64,000 nucleotides of DNA from NCBI GenBank assembly GCA_034430425.1, contig DAOUEK010000007.1:1090-65089 (forward strand), read 5' to 3'. Under the pieces are notes generated by a model that saw only the letters and a list, made by a program, of their open reading frames with translations, was not told the origin of the DNA and searched no databases. Of this stretch, positions 57,982 through 64,000 are shown in pieces. The stretch comes from Anaerolineales bacterium. GTDB taxonomy: Bacteria; Chloroflexota; Anaerolineae; Anaerolineales; E44-bin32. The translations under genes and the position numbers were made by a program. Position 1 is the first letter of the stretch; every line of letters starts with the position of its first letter.

Positions 57982-58422
57982 ATGGCCGAAAATGGAAAAG
58001 ACCTGCAGATCGTCGCCTACTGCTGCCATCATTGCGCTTACGCTGCCGCAGATCTGGCTGGTGTGTTACGCATCCAGTATCCGGCGCAGACCAAGGTCGT
58101 CGAAATTCCCTGCTCCGGACGTTTGGATGTGCTCGAGGTGCTGCATGCCTTCGAACGCGGTGCTGACGGTGTAATGGTCGCCGGTTGACTGCCCGGTGAC
58201 TGTCATTACCTGGAAGGTAATGTTAACGCCAAACGTCGCGTGGAGAAACTCAAACAACTATTGGACTCGATCGGGCTGGAACCCGAGCGCGTGGAGATGT
58301 TCAATCTCTCCTCGGCAATGGCTGCACAATTCGCCGAAACGGTGAGGAACATGGTAGCGCAGATTCAAAGTGTTGGCCCGAGTCCCTTGCGGCTCGCTGC
58401 TGAGGGAATAACCGAACCATAA
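57982..58422 (+). CDS. mvhD: MvhD-family subunit, selenocysteine form, copy 2 (in-frame UGA 58186-58188)
   Basis: YCCHHCAY..IPCSGR..GADGVMVAG-UGA-LPGDCHYLEGN continues in frame into ORF 58240-58422. Confidence 0.93.
58201..58225 (+). other. Putative bacterial SECIS element (TGTCATTACC-TGGAA-GGTAATGTTA)
   Basis: 7-bp perfect stem CATTACC/GGTAATG; 21 nt identical to copy 1; same 12-nt offset from the UGA. Confidence 0.8.
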
Positions 58423-58485
58423 AATTATTGGTAACAGGATTCCGGATACAATCAATACCCATCCGGTATTCAAGGAGAGCGAAGT

Positions 58486-59172
58486 ATGATCATTGCAGAA
58501 CAAAAACCACTGGAGGAGATCAAGGCTTTGATCGCGGATGCCGAAAATGTATTGGTCGTTGGCTGCGGCACCTGCGTGACGGTATGCTTTGCCGGCGGGG
58601 AGAAGGAGGCCGGCATCCTGGCCAGCAGCCTGCGCATGTCGACCAAACTCGACGGCGGCCCCAAAGCTGTGGAGCATGTTACCGTGCAGCGCCAGTGCGA
58701 ATGGGAGTATATCGACCCCATCGGGGATCGTGTCGCTGAGGCAGATATGGTGCTTTCGATTGGATGCGGTATCGGTGTGCAGGCGCTCGCCGAACGCTTC
58801 CCGGATGCCATTGTCGTTCCCGGGTTAAATACCTCCTTCTTGGGCTTGCCTACGGAACAAGGTGTTTGGGAAGAACGCTGCGCCGCTTGCGGCGAGTGCA
58901 TCCTCGGATTGACGGGTGGAATCTGCCCCATTGCTCGCTGCGCCAAACAGCTGCTCAATGGACCTTGCGGCGGGTCGCAAAACGGTGTTTGTGAAATCGA
59001 CCCGGATACGCCCTGCGCCTGGCAGTTGATCTACGACAAACTGAAATCACAAAATCGTCTGCACCTGCTGACGGAAATTCAAGCGCCGAAGAACTGGTCC
59101 AGCAGCCGCGACGGCGGTCCTCGAAAAATCACCCGTCAGGATTTACGTCTGGCGGCGGAAGAATCTGAGTAG
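58486..59172 (+). CDS. metV: Methylene-THF reductase Fe-S/Zn subunit MetV
   Basis: GCGTCVTVC, RQCE, CGIGVQ, CAACGECIL..GICPIARCAKQLLNGPCGG..CE..CAW. Confidence 0.93.
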   Translation: MIIAEQKPLEEIKALIADAENVLVVGCGTCVTVCFAGGEKEAGILASSLRMSTKLDGGPKAVEHVTVQRQCEWEYIDPIGDRVAEADMVLSIGCGIGVQALAERFPDAIVVPGLNTSFLGLPTEQGVWEERCAACGECILGLTGGICPIARCAKQLLNGPCGGSQNGVCEIDPDTPCAWQLIYDKLKSQNRLHLLTEIQAPKNWSSSRDGGPRKITRQDLRLAAEESE

Positions 59173-59190
59173 GCGAAAAGGAGCGAAGCC

Positions 59191-60180
59191 ATGACAAAAA
59201 CATCGAGCAATGGATACAAATCCGGCTCTCGCCTGGAACGCCTGCTGCGCACCGGCGAATTCGTGGTCACCGGCGAGTTGGGCCCGCCGCAGGGTGCTGG
59301 CGGGGACGTCATCCGTGAGAAAGCTGTCCTGTTAAAAGGCGTAGTCGATGCGGTAAATATCACCGATAATCAGACTGCCATCGTACGCATGTCCTCGATT
59401 GGCGCCGGTACGATCACCGTGCAGGAGGGTGTGGAACCGATCATCCAGATGACCTGCCGCGACCGCAACCGTCTGGCGATCCAATCCGATCTACTGGGCG
59501 CCTACGCCCTGGGCATGCGCAACGTGCTCTGCCTGACCGGCGATCACCAATCCTTCGGCAACCACCCTACCGCCAAGAACGTCCATGATCTGGACTCGGT
59601 GACGTTGATCCAGATGGTAGTGAAGATGCGAGATGAAGGCAAGTTTGAATGTGGAGATGAAATGAAAGGGATCGAACCGCGCTTCTTCGTCGGCGCAGCG
59701 GCCAATCCCTTCGGCGATCCTTTCGAATTCCGCCCACTCCGTCTGGCAAAGAAAGTCGCCGCCGGCGTGGATTTCATCCAGACACAGTTGATCTACAACA
59801 TCGAACGCTTCGCCGAATACATGCAGAAAGTGCGCGAACTCGGCCTGCACGAGAAGGTATACATTTTGGCCGGCTTGGGTCCGCTGAAGTCTCCGGGCAT
59901 GGCGCGTTACATGCGCGATCAGGTGCCGGGCCTGGACGTACCCGATATCTACGTCGACCGCATGATCGAAGCCGCCAAGGGCATCGATAAAGAAGACAAG
60001 AAAGCCCGTTCCCAGGCCTGGCGTGAGGAAGGCATGAAAATCACCATCGAGCAGATCAAGCAGATGCGCGAGATCGAAGGCGTCGCCGGTGTGCACGTGA
60101 TGGCAATTGAATGGGAAGAGGCAGTCAAACCGATCGTCGAGGGCGCCGGATTGCTGCCGCGTCCGGAACCGGCGGCGTAA
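59191..60180 (+). CDS. metF: Methylenetetrahydrofolate reductase MetF
   Basis: ELGPP, NITDNQ, QMTCRDRNRLAIQSDLLGA, LTGDH, KKVAAGVDFIQTQ. Confidence 0.95.
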   Translation: MTKTSSNGYKSGSRLERLLRTGEFVVTGELGPPQGAGGDVIREKAVLLKGVVDAVNITDNQTAIVRMSSIGAGTITVQEGVEPIIQMTCRDRNRLAIQSDLLGAYALGMRNVLCLTGDHQSFGNHPTAKNVHDLDSVTLIQMVVKMRDEGKFECGDEMKGIEPRFFVGAAANPFGDPFEFRPLRLAKKVAAGVDFIQTQLIYNIERFAEYMQKVRELGLHEKVYILAGLGPLKSPGMARYMRDQVPGLDVPDIYVDRMIEAAKGIDKEDKKARSQAWREEGMKITIEQIKQMREIEGVAGVHVMAIEWEEAVKPIVEGAGLLPRPEPAA

Positions 60181-60190
60181 GGAGATGTCT

Positions 60191-61585
60191 ATGGAGACAA
60201 AACTCAGCACCGATCTGGCCGAACGCATCCGGGAAGCCACCGGTGAGAACGTGTTCCTCTGTTATCACTGCGTGAAGTGCACCTCCGGTTGCCCCCTGAT
60301 GGAGCATTTCGACCTGGCGCCCAACCAGGTGATGCGCGCCGCTCAGTTGGGTATGGAAGACATGATCTTCGAGAGCAAATCGCCCTGGCTGTGCGCCTCC
60401 TGCCAGACCTGCACCACTCGCTGCCCGCAGGGCATCGACATCGCCCGTGTGATGGACTTTATCGTCGGCGAGGCGATGGCCAAAGGCATCAAACCCAAGG
60501 TGCCCGAAGTCGCCCTGTTTAACAAGGTCTTTTTACGCGACATCGACATACTGGGCCGCTCCTACGAGCTGGGGTTGATGGTCGAGATGAACATACGCAC
60601 CAGGCAGCCCTTCAAGGACGTCGGCCTGGGGCTAGACATGATCAAGCACGGCAAGATCGCCTTCCTGCCCTCCGTGATCCGCAAACGCAAGCCGAAGGCG
60701 GAAAAACCACCTCCAGAACGGGAGTCTAAAGAGGTTGGTTATTATCCCGGCTGTTCGTTACATTCCTTGGCCAGGGAGTTTAACCTCTCGGCATTGGCGA
60801 CGCTGGAAGCGCTCGATCGCAAGCCCGTGGAGCCGAAAAACTGGATTTGCTGCGGTTCTTCGCCCGCCCACCGCGTGGACCACGAGCTTGCGGTGCAGAT
60901 GCCGCTCGAAAGCCTGGCACTTTATGAAATGGAAGGCGTTAGCGAGGTTACCCTGCCCTGCGCCATGTGCTTCAACCGCTTCAGGGCCGCGGCGAGAGAA
61001 GTGCGCCTCGATCCCGAATTGAAACAGGAAATGGACCAGGAGTTGGGCTATGCGTATCAAGACAGCCTGGCGATATCATCGCTGCTGGATTACGTCGTCG
61101 AGAACATTGGCCTGGAAGCCGTAGCCGAGAAGGTCAAAAAGCCGCTCGCAGGGTTGAAAATTGCCTGCTATTACGGCTGCCTGCTAACCCGTCCACCCGA
61201 AATCACCGGATCGAAAGAACCGGAATACCCCATGTCCATGGACCGTTTGATGAAGGCGCTGGGGGCAGAGCCAATCGACTGGGACCGTAAAGTGTCCTGC
61301 TGCGGCGCGTCCCTGTCCCTTACGGCGACCGGCATCGTACTCGAAATGAGCGCTGATATCATCGAAAACGCACACGCCCGCGGCGCCGATCTCGTGGCCG
61401 TGGCCTGCCCGATGTGCCACGCCAATATCGACGGACGCCAGGTACAAATGGACATCACACAACCGGTCCCGGCGCTGTATTTTACCCAGCTGATGGCCCT
61501 GGCCTTCGGCATGCCGGAGGAAGCTGCGTTGAAATTCAACATGGTTGATGCGCGACCACTGCTGAAGGAACGAGGTTTCCTATAG
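60191..61585 (+). CDS. Fused HdrC-HdrB heterodisulfide-reductase-like subunit
   Basis: HdrC motifs CYHCVKCTSGCP and CASCQTCTTRCP, followed by two CCG domains (YYPGC..CCG..CAMC; YYGC..CCG..CPMC). AAGGAG RBS. Confidence 0.92.
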   Translation: METKLSTDLAERIREATGENVFLCYHCVKCTSGCPLMEHFDLAPNQVMRAAQLGMEDMIFESKSPWLCASCQTCTTRCPQGIDIARVMDFIVGEAMAKGIKPKVPEVALFNKVFLRDIDILGRSYELGLMVEMNIRTRQPFKDVGLGLDMIKHGKIAFLPSVIRKRKPKAEKPPPERESKEVGYYPGCSLHSLAREFNLSALATLEALDRKPVEPKNWICCGSSPAHRVDHELAVQMPLESLALYEMEGVSEVTLPCAMCFNRFRAAAREVRLDPELKQEMDQELGYAYQDSLAISSLLDYVVENIGLEAVAEKVKKPLAGLKIACYYGCLLTRPPEITGSKEPEYPMSMDRLMKALGAEPIDWDRKVSCCGASLSLTATGIVLEMSADIIENAHARGADLVAVACPMCHANIDGRQVQMDITQPVPALYFTQLMALAFGMPEEAALKFNMVDARPLLKERGFL

Positions 61586-61611
61586 AATACCTGCGCACAA
61601 CGGAGCGCTCC

Positions 61612-62235
61612 TTGCGTAAAGCGCATACTAAAATGATTCGGGCGGCAAGGGAACGCAAGAGTCAAATGCACTCACGACTATGCGAGTTGAGAACCCGTCA
61701 TCCGCTGCAAGGTCGAGAGCTGCCCCCGATTCGCGAGACCGTTGGCCATTGGGTCGACCGTTGGCAGTTGAACCACTTCATCCAGCGCATATCACCGTTT
61801 CAATCCGAAGCGGTCGAGCGCGGTCCGCTGCCGTTCATCATTCTGGCCGAGACCGGCCAGGACGTGCGCCACTGCGCCAACTGCCGCAACTGCGAGGACT
61901 GGACAACTCCCGGTATGGATCTCAACTTTGGAGAGATTCTGCGCGCCGCGGCGCGGAACGACCCCATCGCGCTGCAGAATCAGTCCCTGTGGAACTGCGA
62001 CGATGTGTTCACAAACACGATCCATTGCCATCAAGGCTTCGACATCCCGGCCGTGATCCGTACGCTGCGTCGTGAGGCGAAACTGCGCGGCTACCACAAG
62101 CGCATTTATCGGCTGCGCGCCCTGCACTCGCGGATCCCCAATTGGAGACCACCGATACGATCTCCCCGAATCGACCGAGAACGGATAGAATCCCTGCGTA
62201 GGAAGCTGGAAAACATCAACCGCTTCAAATCATAG
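61612..62235 (+). CDS. Degenerate HdrC-like protein retaining ligands for only one [4Fe-4S] cluster
   Basis: CANCRNC..MDLNFGEILR..SLWNC..IHCHQGFDIPAVIRTLRREA aligns with HdrC. Start codon uncertain. Confidence 0.7.
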   Translation: MRKAHTKMIRAARERKSQMHSRLCELRTRHPLQGRELPPIRETVGHWVDRWQLNHFIQRISPFQSEAVERGPLPFIILAETGQDVRHCANCRNCEDWTTPGMDLNFGEILRAAARNDPIALQNQSLWNCDDVFTNTIHCHQGFDIPAVIRTLRREAKLRGYHKRIYRLRALHSRIPNWRPPIRSPRIDRERIESLRRKLENINRFKS

Positions 62236-62253
62236 CTAAACCCGAGGAAACCA

Positions 62254-63033
62254 ATGAAACTCGCCATCACCGGAAAAGGTGGTGTGGGCAAAACCACGCT
62301 CACTTCCCTACTAGCCTATGCCTACGCCGAAAAAGGCTTTCAAGTTCTGGCGATCGACGCCGATCCCGCCCCCTGTCTGGCCGAAGCGCTGGCCTTCCCC
62401 AAAAAACTACTGGAGGGATTGACCCCCATCGCCCGCATGGACGACCTGATCTACGAACGCACCGGCGCCAAGCCGGGTGCAACCGGAGGCTACTTCAAGC
62501 TCAACCCGCGCGTGGACGACATCCCGGATCAATTCTCGGCCGTGCATCGCGGCATCCGTTTACTGGAGATGGGCGCCGTAGAGATGGGTGGATCGGGCTG
62601 CATCTGTCCCGAGAGCGCCATCCTGCGCGCCCTGACCACCCACATTCTCCTGCAGCGCAACGAAGTCATCCTGCTCGACATGTACGCCGGCGTGGAACAT
62701 CTCGGCCGCGCCACGGCGGCCGCCGTCGACGCCATGCTGATTGTGGTCGAACCGACCAAACGCAGCCTGACCACCGCCGAACAGATCAAATCGCTGGCGG
62801 AGGACATCAAACTGAAGAACCTATACATCGTGGGCAGCAAGGTACAGGGGGAAGAAGATCGGGCCTTCATCGAAAGCAACAGCCCCGGGCTGCCGGTGAT
62901 CGGGCACCTGCCGCACGATCCGCATGTGCGCCAGGCCGATCGGGACGGCGCGGCGCTCTATGATCTGGCACCTGAGATGGCGAAAGCCACACAGGCCATT
63001 ATGCAGGCGTTGGAAGCGAAGCGCGAGGACTAA
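62254..63033 (+). CDS. cooC: CO dehydrogenase Ni-insertion ATPase CooC (second paralog)
   Basis: GKGGVGKTT, IDADP, KLNPRVDDIP, GSGCICPES, AGVEHLGRAT. Confidence 0.92.
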   Translation: MKLAITGKGGVGKTTLTSLLAYAYAEKGFQVLAIDADPAPCLAEALAFPKKLLEGLTPIARMDDLIYERTGAKPGATGGYFKLNPRVDDIPDQFSAVHRGIRLLEMGAVEMGGSGCICPESAILRALTTHILLQRNEVILLDMYAGVEHLGRATAAAVDAMLIVVEPTKRSLTTAEQIKSLAEDIKLKNLYIVGSKVQGEEDRAFIESNSPGLPVIGHLPHDPHVRQADRDGAALYDLAPEMAKATQAIMQALEAKRED

Positions 63034-63100
63034 AAACTGCCTTTATTAAATGCCCTCATCTGAGATTCCTTGGGGTGACCGGCCAGCCGTCCTGTTGTTC

Positions 63101-63646
63101 TTACTCCCGCCAGTATTCAGGTCGATCCAGCGCATCCGCACAAATGACTTTGCCACGCACACGACCGATCAGGCCAGGACGAAGCTCCAGGACCATCCAC
63201 GCTCCTGCGGCTTCCTCGGGGATGGGGTAGGGCGCTTCAAAACCGAGTACGCCCGCGGGTCGAAAACCACAGCGAGGATAGTACGTTGGATGGCCCAGAA
63301 CGAACACCAACTCGACGCCCGATTCTGACAGCAACCGCAGTCCCTCACGGACAAGTTGACTACCAATCCCCTGGGACCGGGATTCAGGAAGGACTGCCAG
63401 CGGGGCGAGGATTGATACAGACAAAGATTCATCTGAACCTGAAAGCTGCGCCTTTGTGAAGAGGACATGTCCCACTACTCTATCGTCGTGGACAGCAAGC
63501 AGTGAGAGCAACAGCTTTGCGCTCGGATCTCCTAACAACGCGTTCACTAACTCAATAATTTCTGCTTCCTCTTCTTTCCCAAATGCCTTTGCCTCAACGT
63601 GCAGCAATGCATCCAAATCTGATTTCATCGACGGTCTGATATTCAT
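63101..63646 (-). CDS. GNAT-family N-acetyltransferase (YhbS-like)
   Basis: VVGHVLFT, LAPLAVLPESRSQGIGSQLV, VLGHPTYYPRCGF. Confidence 0.92.
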   Translation of the reverse strand: MNIRPSMKSDLDALLHVEAKAFGKEEEAEIIELVNALLGDPSAKLLLSLLAVHDDRVVGHVLFTKAQLSGSDESLSVSILAPLAVLPESRSQGIGSQLVREGLRLLSESGVELVFVLGHPTYYPRCGFRPAGVLGFEAPYPIPEEAAGAWMVLELRPGLIGRVRGKVICADALDRPEYWRE

Positions 63647-63664
63647 CGTTATTCTCCGCGCGAA

Positions 63665-63692
63665 TAGGGGCAGGTTTGAAACCTGCCCCTAC
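63665..63692 (-). repeat. GTAG-type REP-like palindrome GTAGGGGCAGGTTTCAAACCTGCCCCTA
   Basis: 13-bp perfect arms with a 1-nt loop; starts with GTAG on the minus strand; intergenic. Confidence 0.8.
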
Positions 63693-63713
63693 AAGAGCCT
63701 AATATACAAATAC

Positions 63714-64000
63714 CTACTTTCGTTTCTCGATCAATTCCGCCACGTCCGGGAAATCGATGCCCAGCTGCCTGACGGTCTCCAGTGTCGGCACGCCGTCCTT
63801 GTCCCAGCCGCGGCGCTCATAGACGGCGTCCATCAGCCGCTCATAGCGTTCCTCTCGCTGCGCTCGCAGCTTGGCCATCTTCTCCTCGGTCGAGAGCCCT
63901 TCGATATCGATCCCCAGTTCCTGTAATTGCCCGTCGTAGCGCTCGATACGCGATTCATACTCCTCGACCGTCACCGGGCCCATGGCGCGGTAGGGCGGAT
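63714..64000 (-). CDS. Aldehyde:ferredoxin oxidoreductase family protein, C-terminal fragment (runs off the window)
   Basis: Frame is open to the window edge (PPYRAMGPVTVEEY...). The C-terminal YERRGWDKDGVPTLETVRQLGI is typical of AOR-family ends. Confidence 0.75.
   Translation of the reverse strand, partial: PPYRAMGPVTVEEYESRIERYDGQLQELGIDIEGLSTEEKMAKLRAQREERYERLMDAVYERRGWDKDGVPTLETVRQLGIDFPDVAELIEKRK

Noticed and set aside
1-64000. CRISPR arrays, rRNA/tRNA genes (including tRNA-Sec), integrases and transposases
   Set aside because: No regularly spaced repeats, RNA-gene signatures or mobile-element proteins seen by eye; the Sec machinery must lie elsewhere if present.

Overview
Anaerobic bacterial chromosomal region, probably Chloroflexota/Anaerolineae-like (inferred from gene style only, not tested). 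It is dominated by C1/acetogenic energy metabolism. From left to right: (1) a Fur- and DtxR-bracketed Ni/Co ECF transporter block, then citrate synthase; (2) a methyltransferase-like / GH3 / 7TM-kinase / receiver operon; (3) a complete bacterial-type CODH/ACS cluster (cooS/acsA, acsB, acsD, acsC, acsV, acsF/cooC, acsE), led by a Cys-free HMA-fold gene and followed by malic enzyme and a TrxB-like flavoprotein without CXXC; (4) a stand-alone HdrA-ferredoxin-MvhD(Cys) module; (5) a LacI-regulated galactose cluster (galT, sugar ABC, galK); (6) two tandem HdrL-MvhD cassettes separated by a cNMP-domain kinase and a REC-REC regulator; (7) metV-metF-hdrCB, a one-cluster HdrC paralog, a second cooC, a GNAT and the 3' end of an aldehyde:ferredoxin oxidoreductase. 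Both cassette mvhD genes carry an in-frame UGA at a conserved Cys position followed by an identical SECIS-like hairpin, so they are probably selenoproteins that the ORF track splits. Also not resolved by the ORF track: a 58-aa CxxC/WHxxWC small protein, a G7-tract frameshift in a membrane gene, REP-like palindromes, and putative Rex/CRP-like and LacI operators. I saw no rRNA, tRNA, CRISPR array or transposase.
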